From Candidatus Uhrbacteria bacterium (GTDB lineage Bacteria > Patescibacteriota > Patescibacteriia > UBA9934): a DNA stretch of 64,000 nt. The stretch is taken from NCBI GenBank assembly GCA_018673485.1, contig JABHCP010000005.1, forward strand, positions 64,102-128,101, given 5' to 3'. Below are positions 1-9,396 of the stretch, in pieces. Position 1 is the first letter of the stretch. Each line of letters begins with the position of its first letter. Both the position numbers and the translations under genes were made by a program. Below the pieces are notes generated by a model, which was not told the DNA's origin, did not search any database, and worked only from the letters and a program-made list of their open reading frames with translations.

Positions 1-138
1 GTGGCGCTTGAGAAAAAAGTCGAAGAAGTTGTCCATGTGATCCTCTGGTCTGTTGACCGGGGTGAAAGTCCACCAAAACCTAGAATCGAGTTCTAAACTT
101 TGGCGGACCCTGCGAGGTTCCATTGGTTCTCGCAGGAG

Positions 139-540
139 TTAGGGGTGACGGCGAGGATGGCCACGACCACCTCTACGCTGGTTGCCCATGTAGTAGTGGT
201 TGTGGACGGTCTGCCGACCATTTTGGCGGTTGCGACGTCGCGCCGGCTGACCAGTGGCCAGGCGGTACACGAATGGCACTCCATACCAGAGGGCGAGGAT
301 GGGGAGGGAGATGGGCAGCGAAGCTGCGATGGCGTTGACCATCACGGTGCGACGCACCAGAGTGCTGATAGCACCACCACTGACACCAAAGACCGAGAGG
401 CCAATGGCAATCAAGTAAATGGGTGAACACATCAGCACCGTCCAGATGGCCCAGCTTCCCCAAGCTGCGAAGGCCAGCGCCACGATCTCCATGAGGAGTT
501 GTGGAACCGATCCGACGAGCTGTCCAAGTTGAGCGATCAT
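139..540 (-). CDS. small polytopic membrane protein, 133 aa, in a high-GC island; C-terminal Arg/Gly/His-rich tail
   Basis: Long ORF in a 60+% GC segment; three or more hydrophobic helices; aaggagaatacgATG Shine-Dalgarno; conserved 40-nt upstream element shared with the 809..1018 gene. Confidence 0.5.
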   Translation of the reverse strand: MIAQLGQLVGSVPQLLMEIVALAFAAWGSWAIWTVLMCSPIYLIAIGLSVFGVSGGAISTLVRRTVMVNAIAASLPISLPILALWYGVPFVYRLATGQPARRRNRQNGRQTVHNHYYMGNQRRGGRGHPRRHP

Positions 541-647
541 CGTATTCTCCTTGTGAAAGATGTTGGCCCATCAGTACTCACAATCTAGTTATGCGTATTG
601 ATAGGCCGCGGGGATATTGTCTCCCCGCTAGTTGAAGTGCAACCTCT

Positions 648-812
648 CTAGAGGTTTGAGGGCGGTCCCTTGCTACCGTGACCGGTGGCGCCGTGCCAGC
701 ATTCGCCGGCAATGTCGCTCAAGGGGAGGTTTCCGCTGAGCCACCACAGGATCAGGATCCCTGCAGTAAGGGTGACCTCACCCAGTGTGCGCAGCTTTTT
801 CTTCAGATTCAT
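648..812 (-). CDS. small hydrophobic peptide (54 aa, MNLKKKLRTLGEV...), start overlaps the stop of the upstream gene (ATGA)
   Basis: ggaggcgaaATG Shine-Dalgarno; single TM helix; translationally coupled to 809..1018. The ORF track extends it to 920, but the internal ATG with the Shine-Dalgarno is preferred. Confidence 0.4.
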   Translation of the reverse strand: MNLKKKLRTLGEVTLTAGILILWWLSGNLPLSDIAGECWHGATGHGSKGPPSNL

Positions 813-1018
813 TTCGCCTCCGGGCGATAGTTGTCGAAGCTGCTGGAAGTCCCCAGCAGTGCCTCTATGAAGAGAACAAATGGCCACAGGCCAGTGCAGA
901 TCAGGAAGATCTGAAAGCACTCGTGCTTGAGCCTTTTCCCCAGGATGGGGTTGATCGAGATCAGTCCTACGAGTAGGCCAATCGCGATCGAAAACTGGTC
1001 GCTAATGAATTTGATCAA
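809..1018 (-). CDS. small membrane peptide, 69 aa, TTG start
   Basis: aaaggagacatcTTG Shine-Dalgarno; two hydrophobic helices; conserved upstream element. Confidence 0.5.
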   Translation of the reverse strand: MIKFISDQFSIAIGLLVGLISINPILGKRLKHECFQIFLICTGLWPFVLFIEALLGTSSSFDNYRPEAK

Positions 1019-1107
1019 GATGTCTCCTTTGAACCATCGATACTCACAAGCTAGTTATGCGTATTGATGGGCCGCCGGTCTAGTGAAGACCGGCGAGGGG
1101 AGGGGTG

Positions 1108-1371
1108 TTAGAACTTGTGATAGATCAGCAAGCCCCAGCGAAACCAGACGCCCATGATGAATAGGGCAATGCTCGAGAGCACCGTGGTGCTGTTGAGCGG
1201 GTCGGGTTGCACGTTCATCGCTGAGGCGATGAACGTGTCGTACGCGATGGCGCCAACGGCGCCTAGGAGGGCACCGGCGATGCCGGCGAGCATGAAGGTG
1301 AAGAAGAGCATCACCAACTTCCTGTCAGTCGAATCGGTCGCGACTTCCATGGGGGGTGTGGTGTTGTCCAT
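1108..1371 (-). CDS. small membrane protein, 87 aa
   Basis: High-GC ORF; two TM helices; TTGACT-17-TATGCT promoter upstream (minus strand) at about 1400-1440. Confidence 0.5.
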   Translation of the reverse strand: MDNTTPPMEVATDSTDRKLVMLFFTFMLAGIAGALLGAVGAIAYDTFIASAMNVQPDPLNSTTVLSSIALFIMGVWFRWGLLIYHKF

Positions 1372-1473
1372 TTCAGCTCCAGCTTCAGCATCAGCGGCCC
1401 TTCATCACGATAGACTTCGCAATAGGACTGCTAAGACTAGCATAGAATTAAGCTCTTGTCAAGTCAAGGAGCC

Positions 1474-1499
1474 AAAAAATCGACTAACTTTAGTCGATT
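1474..1499 (-). terminator. rho-independent terminator after the PilB-like gene (aatcgactaaagttagtcgatttttt on the minus strand)
   Basis: Inverted repeat followed by a T-run, directly downstream of the pilB stop. Confidence 0.6.
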
Positions 1500-1511
1500 A
1501 TATCAAGTCAC

Positions 1512-1550
1512 GGCAACCCCCTCCTGCTCCCCCTTGGGAAGGGGGAGGGT
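1512..1550. repeat. GC-rich hairpin element GGCAACCCCCTCCTGCTCCCCCTTGGGAAGGGGGAG, copy 1 of 3
   Basis: Near-identical copies at 51964..52002 and inverted at 35819..35851. Stem CTCCCCC/GGGGGAG with loop TTGGGAA. Confidence 0.7.
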
Positions 1551-1557
1551 TTTAGGC

Positions 1558-3381
1558 TCAGAATCCAGTTACTCGTGCGATCTCTTCGATTGATGTTTGA
1601 CCTTCCATGGCTTTCAAGAGTCCGTCTTGGGCCATGCTAATCATTCCTTGGGCTGTTGCAACTTCTCGCATTTTGTATTCAGAAACGTCGCCTTCAAGAA
1701 TAAATTTTTCAACGTTTTGATCTTTTACTAAGACTTCATAAATTCCGACTCTGCCCTTGTATCCAGTTTTATTACACACTTCGCACCCCGCTCCCTTGAA
1801 AAACTTCATCGCTTCAGTCTTTGGTTTTGGTTCGCCAGAATTTTCTGGAATGGCGTCGAGGAGTTCTTTCACTTTTGCTAGCACATCAGGTTCGATTGTA
1901 TCTTCTTGCTTGCAACTTTCACACACTCGGCGAACCAAGCGCTGACCCATGATGGCATTCAAAGATGGCGCCAACAGAAAAGGCTTCACGCCCATAGCTG
2001 TGAATCTTGGAATGGCTCCAGCTGCATCGTTGGTGTGAATGGTTGAAAGGAGTAGGTGGCCGGTGAGTGACGCTTGGATTGCAGTTTCAGCAGTTTCCAA
2101 GTCGCGGATCTCACCAACGAGCACAATGTCCGGATCTTGTCGAAGTATTGAACGCAGGCCTTTTGCAAATGTATACTCCTTTGAGTGATCGATTTGGCTT
2201 TGGTTAATTCCTTTAAGTTTGTATTCAACCGGATCTTCAAGTGTAATAATTTTAACACCAGGTTTGTTGAGTCGCTTTAAGATTGCGTAGAGCGTAGTGG
2301 TTTTACCAGATCCAGTTGGTCCAGTTGTAATTACCATTCCATGTGGTTTTTCGATTTCCTTTGCTAGGCGCTCAAACGCTGCTTTTCGGAATCCAAGTTG
2401 TTCAAATTCAAGCTCAATTGCATCAGGGTTCAAGATTCGCATTACAACAGACTCACCCCAAGCAGTCGGCAGGGTAGAGGTACGTACATCGATCTTTTTA
2501 TCTTTTTGATAAATCGTAAATCGTCCGTCTTGTGGTTTGTCGGTGATGTTTAATTTCAGTCCCGCGATCAATTTAATTCGATTGATGATTTTTTTCCATT
2601 GAGAAACATCAAGATTAGCAACATCTTGGAGGATTCCATCTACTCGCAGTCGAACAGCGATACCTTTTTCTTCAGCTTCAATATGAATATCAGATGATCC
2701 AAGTTTAACAGATGCGGCTACTACAACTGCGAGCACATCAGTAATGCTTGCTTGCTTTAGTATGCTGTCAATATCTTTAAAACTTTCCATTTGGCTTTGA
2801 TATTGTTCAAGTTCTTCCGCTTTAATTTGCACACCTTTCACAATAGTACGAATTTTTGGGAGCGTACGATAAAGTTTGACTGCATGATCAAAAGAATCCT
2901 CAGTGATTTTATATAAAACTGCATTTGTTTTAAAACGTTCACCAATACCAAACGCTATCTGTTTGATATCTTCGTTTTCAGGGTTCACGCTTGCGATTCT
3001 AAGCTCCGGGCCGGTGTAGAGAAAAGCAATTGTTTTATTCTCGATTGCTTTTTTTTCAGGAATGAGTCGTAGTGCATCTGGGCTAATTGCAAAACCTACC
3101 AAGTTTATATAAGGGATTCCTTGAACCTTTGCTAGACCCTCAGCTTCTTTTTCTTTAGATCCGATTTCGATTTTTGCCATTTTACGATCAAGCTTTTGAG
3201 CTGGTGACATTTCTTCCAATGTTTTCCCCTTTAGCTCTTCCTTGATGGGTTCCGGATCGCTCAGTACCTTCGGTGCTGTACTTGGCTTGCTAGGTGTTTT
3301 GTTTGAATCAGAAACAGGGTCCTTCGCCGGAGCGCTGGACTGTTTTAGCAAATCTTCAATTGATGGCAACCCACCCGTCAT
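1558..3381 (-). CDS. pilB: type IV pilus assembly / type II secretion ATPase (PilB/GspE family)
   Basis: Walker A GPTGSGKTT, Walker B and His-box region typical of GspE; the C-terminal CxxC pair of the family is present. Confidence 0.9.
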   Translation of the reverse strand: MTGGLPSIEDLLKQSSAPAKDPVSDSNKTPSKPSTAPKVLSDPEPIKEELKGKTLEEMSPAQKLDRKMAKIEIGSKEKEAEGLAKVQGIPYINLVGFAISPDALRLIPEKKAIENKTIAFLYTGPELRIASVNPENEDIKQIAFGIGERFKTNAVLYKITEDSFDHAVKLYRTLPKIRTIVKGVQIKAEELEQYQSQMESFKDIDSILKQASITDVLAVVVAASVKLGSSDIHIEAEEKGIAVRLRVDGILQDVANLDVSQWKKIINRIKLIAGLKLNITDKPQDGRFTIYQKDKKIDVRTSTLPTAWGESVVMRILNPDAIELEFEQLGFRKAAFERLAKEIEKPHGMVITTGPTGSGKTTTLYAILKRLNKPGVKIITLEDPVEYKLKGINQSQIDHSKEYTFAKGLRSILRQDPDIVLVGEIRDLETAETAIQASLTGHLLLSTIHTNDAAGAIPRFTAMGVKPFLLAPSLNAIMGQRLVRRVCESCKQEDTIEPDVLAKVKELLDAIPENSGEPKPKTEAMKFFKGAGCEVCNKTGYKGRVGIYEVLVKDQNVEKFILEGDVSEYKMREVATAQGMISMAQDGLLKAMEGQTSIEEIARVTGF

Positions 3382-3383
3382 AT

Positions 3384-4373
3384 TTATTTGAGAAGTTTTT
3401 TAAGAGCGTGTTCGATTGCGGGGAAGTGCTCGTACCTGCTTAAGTGATCTGAAAGTTTTGTCCATGCACTGTAATTGAAGGTTGTAATTGCCCCAGCGTA
3501 TACAAGAATGATCGCCGCAGTGATTAGAAGTGATAGGAACGTAACTATCGACATTAGAATATATGATCCAACTGCAAGTGCTACCTCAAAGGCGATACCT
3601 GCTAAGATTGCGAAGCAGATTAAAGCGGTGAATAGTATTCCTGACGTAATGAAATTTATTACAAAAAGTATAAGTGCTAACTCAAACGCTGCTAACCAGT
3701 GATCGCGCAGTAGACTTGTGACATTGTTCATCATTTTACCTAAGCTCATATCCTTTTTGACAAGCTGTATAAGGCAGAGCATTCCAAATATTTGGACGAT
3801 GAACGCGAGTGGTAATGCGATGGTATATATGCCAACGCTCCAAATGGCATCGAGGAATAAGACATCTGTAATTAGCATTCCAAGAGCTAGCGTTGTCAGC
3901 CCGATGATGATAGTGAAGAGAATTCTCATCATTGCATTCACGCTAAACAGTCTTAGGACATGAATGTGATGTAATTTTTTACGAATCATTTTCCAGGTGA
4001 TGTTCTTTGTTCCTTTTGAGATTATAAATAGAAGAATGTATTGCGCCACCAAAGCAAAGAGTGCGATTAATACTAATATCGTAATCGATACAAGGATGTA
4101 TGCAATAAGGTGTGGAGTCTCTAAGAGCGTTAGATTACGAGCGTAGCTAAGCACCCATGAAAAGAATGGGCTGATTTGTTGGAGTGCTGTTGCGTTAAGC
4201 TCTGCCGCGGGTTGCAAGTTTAAGAAGGAACGAATGAGCATGTTAAAAATCGCGCCCGTATGTACGAGTCCGGCAAGTGCGGCGAGTGCCCACCACTCTT
4301 TTTGCGCAAGCGTGATCTCGCAAGCCTTCTTAATAATTTTTATGTAAGTATTCATCGATTTAGCAAGATTCAT
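3384..4373 (-). CDS. polytopic integral membrane protein, 329 aa, immediately upstream of pilB and co-directional
   Basis: Eight to ten hydrophobic helices; no recognisable catalytic motif. Confidence 0.6.
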   Translation of the reverse strand: MNLAKSMNTYIKIIKKACEITLAQKEWWALAALAGLVHTGAIFNMLIRSFLNLQPAAELNATALQQISPFFSWVLSYARNLTLLETPHLIAYILVSITILVLIALFALVAQYILLFIISKGTKNITWKMIRKKLHHIHVLRLFSVNAMMRILFTIIIGLTTLALGMLITDVLFLDAIWSVGIYTIALPLAFIVQIFGMLCLIQLVKKDMSLGKMMNNVTSLLRDHWLAAFELALILFVINFITSGILFTALICFAILAGIAFEVALAVGSYILMSIVTFLSLLITAAIILVYAGAITTFNYSAWTKLSDHLSRYEHFPAIEHALKKLLK

Positions 4374-4520
4374 ATTCCTCCAATTTAAGTTGCTTTCATT
4401 ATATCAAACAATTGACATTTCGGTTAAAATGTTGTATGTTTATTCACTGTTAGTTTGTAAGTGATAGAGTTACAAGTGTTAAAGGTAGCCTTTTATTGTT
4501 AAAACTAAACGATAGAATGC

Positions 4521-4535
4521 CGCTTTTAACAAAAG
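4521..4535 (+). repeat. 15-nt direct repeat gcttttaacaaaaga, left flank of the high-GC cassette
   Basis: Identical 15-mer recurs at 5279..5293 on the other side of the 4604..5200 ORF. Confidence 0.6.
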
Positions 4536-4603
4536 ACAAAATGATAAACGAGGGTGTGCCTCGGAATCAGTGCGTCGGCGGTTCAACTGTAAAGGAGGTT
4601 GTC

Positions 4604-5200
4604 ATGGCGGGTAACTACCCTGTCACAGGCGACCAGTATCGCGACATCGATCGTCGCATGTCCGAGATCAAGCGCCAGCTCAACCAGGACGAAGGTAGTC
4701 CGTCGGATCCTGTAAGAATCCTTCTGGCACTGCAGGGCATCGTTGAAGGCAACTTCGACAACGTGCCCGTTGAGCGTCTGCCCATCATCGACTGCGACGC
4801 CATGCCCTTCATCCCTAACGGTTGGAGTGCAGTAGAGCACCGCAAGGGTGGTCAGATCGAGTTCGATCCGAGCAAGATCGTCCTTCACCTGGAGTCGGAG
4901 CAGCAGCGTAGCACGATCGTTGGCAATGAGCTTCGCAAGCGACTCGAGGGCCAGCCTGTGATGAACGCCAACGTTCTTGATCATCTGCTTGCTAACACCC
5001 GTCTCATCCCCGAGGACTGGAAGGCCGATGAGCAGGGGCGTATCCGCTGCATCTACTTCTGGGGCACCATCTACCGCGACTCCGGCGGCCGCCTGTACGT
5101 TCGTTACTTGTGCTGGAACGATGGTCAGTGGCGCTGGTACTGCAGCTGGCTCGACGATCCGTGGGACAGTCAGCGCCCGGCTGCCATTCTCGCGAGTTAG
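4604..5200 (+). CDS. hypothetical protein (198 aa) in a high-GC cassette; Trp/Cys-rich C-terminus
   Basis: aaaggaggttgtcATG Shine-Dalgarno; GC content far above neighbours; no recognised motif. Confidence 0.55.
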   Translation: MAGNYPVTGDQYRDIDRRMSEIKRQLNQDEGSPSDPVRILLALQGIVEGNFDNVPVERLPIIDCDAMPFIPNGWSAVEHRKGGQIEFDPSKIVLHLESEQQRSTIVGNELRKRLEGQPVMNANVLDHLLANTRLIPEDWKADEQGRIRCIYFWGTIYRDSGGRLYVRYLCWNDGQWRWYCSWLDDPWDSQRPAAILAS

Positions 5201-5249
5201 GCACTTAGGGCTTTGTGACTTGGTTCTTTGTTCTCTAGTTCGTACTTGA

Positions 5250-5325
5250 CCGGCGCAACGTTGTTGTGTCGGTCTCTGCTTTTAACAAAAGAAGCGCGTT
5301 TACGCTTCTTTATTTGTTGAGTGAT
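5250..5325. repeat. about 75-nt boundary module: GC-rich hairpin gaccggcgcaacgttgttgtgtcggtc followed by terminator hairpin aaagaagcgcg-ttta-cgcttcttt
   Basis: About 80% identical copy at 7070..7145. Both lie between a high-GC plus-strand ORF and a low-GC minus-strand gene. Confidence 0.7.
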
Positions 5326-6084
5326 TTACTTCAGTGGTTTGGACATTTTCCACAAGAAATCAAAATATTGTTTGTGGTACTTGGCGATTTCTTTACTACG
5401 AATCGTTGTGCCGATTGGTTGGCTTGTCCAAAGTACAAAGTCCACCTTATCATCGCGTATTTGCATACCCGCAACAGAGGCAAAGTCTGCTGGAAGGATA
5501 CGGACTTTTGTAAAAGGCATATCCTTAATTTGTTCTGCTCGTTTCATTGATCCTTTTGGAAAGATAAAACGTGCTGGTATCTCACGTTGTATGCGTCGCC
5601 TGTGAAAGTCTGCAAGTACAGTTGGAATAAATTCTTTGATGGTTTGTGCATCTTCTGCAAATCCTCCAATAACGTAAAATGTTCCTTTGGTACTAAGCGC
5701 ATCCTCAAATAATGTTTTTAAACCACGCTTGCCCTTGTAGTGAAATACCTCCTGATCTTCTTTGGAGAGCTTTCGCTTTGCCTCGAGCGCAGGGATTATC
5801 TTATTCAATTCTTTTTCTTGAGCCTCAAGCTCTTCTTGTTTTCTTTCAATTACTTTTTTGAGTCGCTTTGGAGTTACCGCTTCAAAGTATTTAGTGTTCG
5901 ACATGATTACATTTGAGACAAGCCCCTTTTTCGCTAGGGAACCAAGACAATCATAAACCTGACCTCGAGAGAGGTTGGTTTTGGAGATAATGTCCTTAGT
6001 CGTCACAGACCCAAGCTCAAGGAGGTTGAGATAGATCGTCGCCTCATTGCCTGTTAGCCCGATTTTCTTTAGAAGTTCTTTCAT
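5326..6084 (-). CDS. TrmB-family transcriptional regulator (N-terminal wHTH)
   Basis: N-terminus GLTGNEATIYLNLLELGSVTTKDIISKTNLSRGQVYDCL matches the TrmB HTH; low GC, native. Confidence 0.7.
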   Translation of the reverse strand: MKELLKKIGLTGNEATIYLNLLELGSVTTKDIISKTNLSRGQVYDCLGSLAKKGLVSNVIMSNTKYFEAVTPKRLKKVIERKQEELEAQEKELNKIIPALEAKRKLSKEDQEVFHYKGKRGLKTLFEDALSTKGTFYVIGGFAEDAQTIKEFIPTVLADFHRRRIQREIPARFIFPKGSMKRAEQIKDMPFTKVRILPADFASVAGMQIRDDKVDFVLWTSQPIGTTIRSKEIAKYHKQYFDFLWKMSKPLK

Positions 6085-6196
6085 ATATTGATTGTCATAC
6101 TACTCCAAGACGACAAGTTTGTCAATGATTCAAGGCTTTGATATCTTTCCAGGCTCGTCCCTTAACAACCGAGCAAAGAAGATGGGAGAGGAAAGC

Positions 6197-6865
6197 ATGT
6201 GTACTAAAAATCAAAATCCTTTCGAGCAGACGGTTGAGGAGCAGCTCGCTGCGCTTCGTCGTCAGAACAAACTTGGTAGTTGGGGCATAGAGGAGAGCGT
6301 ATTTGCACGTCTTGCCAAGACCGCTCCCGAGTGGCCAGAAGGGCGTGATGCTTATAGGAGTTTTCGTATTCGTTTTGGTGAGGGACGTGATGGTGTCATC
6401 AAGACCTTCGAGGCGCATGTCAATGCAGTTAAACATACTCATGACAATTTCTGGCGTTGGAATGGTTTGCTCTCTGGAGAGCATCCGTTCCTTGGAAAGC
6501 AAATAGACCGTCTGCGATTGCTGGCCGGCAATGGCAGTCATGCACCCATGATAGAGTGGATCATTATTCCCGACCTGTCGGCCAACCTGGGACATGGTTC
6601 AATCAACTCCGTACGTGGGGTAAAGTCTCTTGCAGATGCAGGACTTGTAGTGATTTGGCTTGTACCTGACCGGGTGCGTGCGATTGATTATAAAGAGTGG
6701 TGTGCATGGTTCCTTGCTGGCTATGAGGTGAATGAACCCAGAGATTATGTCCAATGGTGGACAAGTGTACCGTGCGTTCAATATAGCCCCCACACGGGGA
6801 CGGGTTTGCAAACTTGGTTGCGTTGCTATCCCAATCCAGGTTTTGCGGCGCCATCAGGCATATAG
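6197..6865 (+). CDS. hypothetical protein in a high-GC cassette, Trp-rich; possibly continued by frame 0 to 7016 through a frameshift
   Basis: ggagaggaaagcATG Shine-Dalgarno. The high-GC coding signal continues in another frame (6732..7016) up to the boundary module. Confidence 0.5.
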   Translation: MCTKNQNPFEQTVEEQLAALRRQNKLGSWGIEESVFARLAKTAPEWPEGRDAYRSFRIRFGEGRDGVIKTFEAHVNAVKHTHDNFWRWNGLLSGEHPFLGKQIDRLRLLAGNGSHAPMIEWIIIPDLSANLGHGSINSVRGVKSLADAGLVVIWLVPDRVRAIDYKEWCAWFLAGYEVNEPRDYVQWWTSVPCVQYSPHTGTGLQTWLRCYPNPGFAAPSGI

Positions 6866-7069
6866 TCTTTGGGGTCGCAACGTCCTTGAAGATCGCGATG
6901 AGTCGTGGAAGCACGTGGTGATCGTCAGCCGTGATCTGCGTGGTTACATGACAAGTCTAACAGCCCGCTTACGTAGTAATGTTTGTCCGTATTACCAAGT
7001 ACCCTCGTTTGAGTAGTATTGTCCGCGAGTGATATAATTGATAATACTTAAAACTTACCCGCTTTCTCA

Positions 7070-7145
7070 GACTGGCGTGACGTTGTTGCGTCGGTTTTTG
7101 TTTATATCAAAAGAAGCGCTTTCGCGCTTCTTTATTTGTTGAGTG
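7070..7145. repeat. about 75-nt boundary module, copy 2; also serves as the ftsH terminator
   Basis: See 5250..5325. Confidence 0.7.
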
Positions 7146-7147
7146 GG

Positions 7148-9043
7148 TTACTCCTTTGACTCTGTAGCTTTTGGTCCCATGAGCTCTTCGAATCTTTCTT
7201 TCTCGATAGTTTCTTTCTCCAGTAGTTCTGCAACTGTATTTTCTATCTTGTCTTGGTTTTCTTTAATCACCTTGTTTGCAGTTTCGAGTGCTTCGCTTAC
7301 TAGTCGTAGGATCTCTTCATCGATTAGTTGAGCGGTATTCTCGGAATAGTTGCGTCTGTCTTTGATTTCCTTTCCAAGGAACACTAGGTCTTCTCGTTCT
7401 CCGTATGTTCGTGGTCCCATTTTTTCACTCATTCCGTATTGAGTGATGAGGTTTTGTGCGAGTTTTGTTGCACGTTGCAAATCATTTGATGCACCAGTAG
7501 TAATGTCACCAAAAGTTGATTTCTCAACTGCGTACCCGGCAAGCATCATAGCGAGCTCATCGATAAATTCTGCACGGAAGTGCATCTTGCGGTCCTCACT
7601 TGGCAAACTCATTGTGTAACCAGCAGCTCGCCCGCGTGAGATTATTGATATCTTGTGCACGTCATCACAGTGCGGAAGCATGTGGCCAACAATCGCGTGT
7701 CCTGCCTCATGGTACGCAGTAATTTTCTTTTCTTTTTTAGAAAGGATGCTGCTCTTGCGCTCAGGTCCGAGCATAACTTTTTCAATAGCGTCCAAAATGT
7801 TCTTTTGTGCAATAATTTTTTTGTTGTGGCGTGCTGCGAGAATCGCACCTTCGTTCATGATGTTCATCAGGTCCGCTCCAGAGAATCCAACAGTACGTTC
7901 GGCAACGCGTTGAAGATCAACGCTTTCCTCGAGCGGTTTGCCTTTGGCATGAATTTCAAGAATCGCTTTTCTGTCTTTAAGTCCTGGGAAGTCAAGAGTG
8001 ATTCTTCGATCAAATCGTCCAGGTCTCAAAAGCGCTGGATCAAGTACGTCTGGTCGGTTGGTTGCGGCGATTACGATAATTCCGTTGTTTGGAGAGAACC
8101 CATCCATTTCTACCAAAATCTGGTTTAGTGTTTGCTCACGTTCATCATTTCCACCACCAAGCCCGGCGCCACGCTGACGTCCAACTGCATCAATCTCATC
8201 AATGAATACTATGCACGGTGATGCTTTCTTTGCTTTTGTAAATAAGTCACGCACACGTGATGCTCCAACTCCAACAAACATTTCTACAAACTCGGATCCG
8301 GAAATGTGGAAGAAGGGAACATTGGCTTCTCCTGCCACAGCTCTTGCGAGCAGTGTTTTACCAGTTCCTGGAGGACCCATCAGCAAAACTCCTTTTGGAA
8401 TTTTTGCTCCTACCTCTGCATACTTTTTTGGATGCTTTAGAAAGTCGACAACCTCAGTTAGTTCTTCTTTTGATTCTGCTTCTCCGGCCACGTCCTTAAA
8501 TGAAACACGATCTTTTTTACTAGTTACTTCTTTTGCTTTTGACTGACCAAATGTCATGGCCTTGTTGTTCGCTCCTTGCATTTGATTGATCAGGAACCAG
8601 AAGATTACCAAGAAACCAATTAGGAAAATCAGTGTTGGCAAAATTGATCGCAATAGTGAGATCCACATACTTGGCTCGACAACCTGAATGTTTACCGCTG
8701 AGAGTTCCTCACTAGTGATTCCGTAATTGGTAAGTAAATCAGAAAGTGATTCACCAGACTCTTTTTTTACTTCAAACTCAGTTTCATCAAGCGCGAAGAT
8801 CTTTAGTGTATTTTCCTCGATTTCAATGCGGTCGATTTCTTGATTGGTAATTTTCTCAACAAGAGTACTTGTACCGATTACTTCCGGTTCATCGCCGTTA
8901 AGGTTATATGATGAAAAAATGACTCCCAATGCTAATACGACAAGGAAGAAAATGATTAAGTTTTTTGATAGTGGCTTCATAGGTATTATAGTTATAGCGT
9001 CCTTTAGCGCCTGCATGATGCCAAAAAACAGGGGTTTTGGCAA
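7148..9043 (-). CDS. ftsH: ATP-dependent zinc metalloprotease FtsH
   Basis: N-terminal TM helices; AAA Walker [27 protein letters not shown] region; HEAGHAIVG zinc motif. Confidence 0.95.
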   Translation of the reverse strand: MPKPLFFGIMQALKDAITIIPMKPLSKNLIIFFLVVLALGVIFSSYNLNGDEPEVIGTSTLVEKITNQEIDRIEIEENTLKIFALDETEFEVKKESGESLSDLLTNYGITSEELSAVNIQVVEPSMWISLLRSILPTLIFLIGFLVIFWFLINQMQGANNKAMTFGQSKAKEVTSKKDRVSFKDVAGEAESKEELTEVVDFLKHPKKYAEVGAKIPKGVLLMGPPGTGKTLLARAVAGEANVPFFHISGSEFVEMFVGVGASRVRDLFTKAKKASPCIVFIDEIDAVGRQRGAGLGGGNDEREQTLNQILVEMDGFSPNNGIIVIAATNRPDVLDPALLRPGRFDRRITLDFPGLKDRKAILEIHAKGKPLEESVDLQRVAERTVGFSGADLMNIMNEGAILAARHNKKIIAQKNILDAIEKVMLGPERKSSILSKKEKKITAYHEAGHAIVGHMLPHCDDVHKISIISRGRAAGYTMSLPSEDRKMHFRAEFIDELAMMLAGYAVEKSTFGDITTGASNDLQRATKLAQNLITQYGMSEKMGPRTYGEREDLVFLGKEIKDRRNYSENTAQLIDEEILRLVSEALETANKVIKENQDKIENTVAELLEKETIEKERFEELMGPKATESKE

Positions 9044-9120
9044 CCTTGATTAAAATGCACTTAATAAAGCAAGAGACACCCGGGGTGGGGTGTCGAGACG
9101 TGGGGCCGTTTGGTGGCTGG

Positions 9121-9396
9121 CTAGGTTGCCAGGTAGAGTTTGGCCCTATTTGCGTTGAGCTTGAAGCCACGGGAGAGAACGCCAAATACCTTGATGAGAA
9201 TCGCCGAGACGAGCAGGGTGCTTACCATGAAGCCGACAGTCGTGATTACCAGCGCTGGGTCGGCTTGTTGGATGACCATTGGGCTCATCAGTCCGATGAG
9301 GGCGAGTACGCCAATGACAACGCTTGTGCTGGTCGCGTAGACCGCGATGCTCACAAAGAGGCATAGGCCATCGATAATTTGGTTTGTGCGGTTCAA
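9121..9396 (-). CDS. small membrane protein (91 aa), TTG start, high-GC island
   Basis: aaaggagcgcaccTTG Shine-Dalgarno; two or three TM helices. Confidence 0.45.
   Translation of the reverse strand: MNRTNQIIDGLCLFVSIAVYATSTSVVIGVLALIGLMSPMVIQQADPALVITTVGFMVSTLLVSAILIKVFGVLSRGFKLNANRAKLYLAT

Noticed and set aside
1154-1555. 133-aa plus-strand ORF
   Set aside because: Antisense to the better-supported small membrane protein gene 1108..1371, and it runs through the pilB terminator and GC hairpin element.
7642-8546. Several plus- and minus-strand ORFs inside ftsH (7653..7913, 7655..8128, 8202..8546 and others)
   Set aside because: They are embedded in the well-supported ftsH coding sequence and are frame artefacts.
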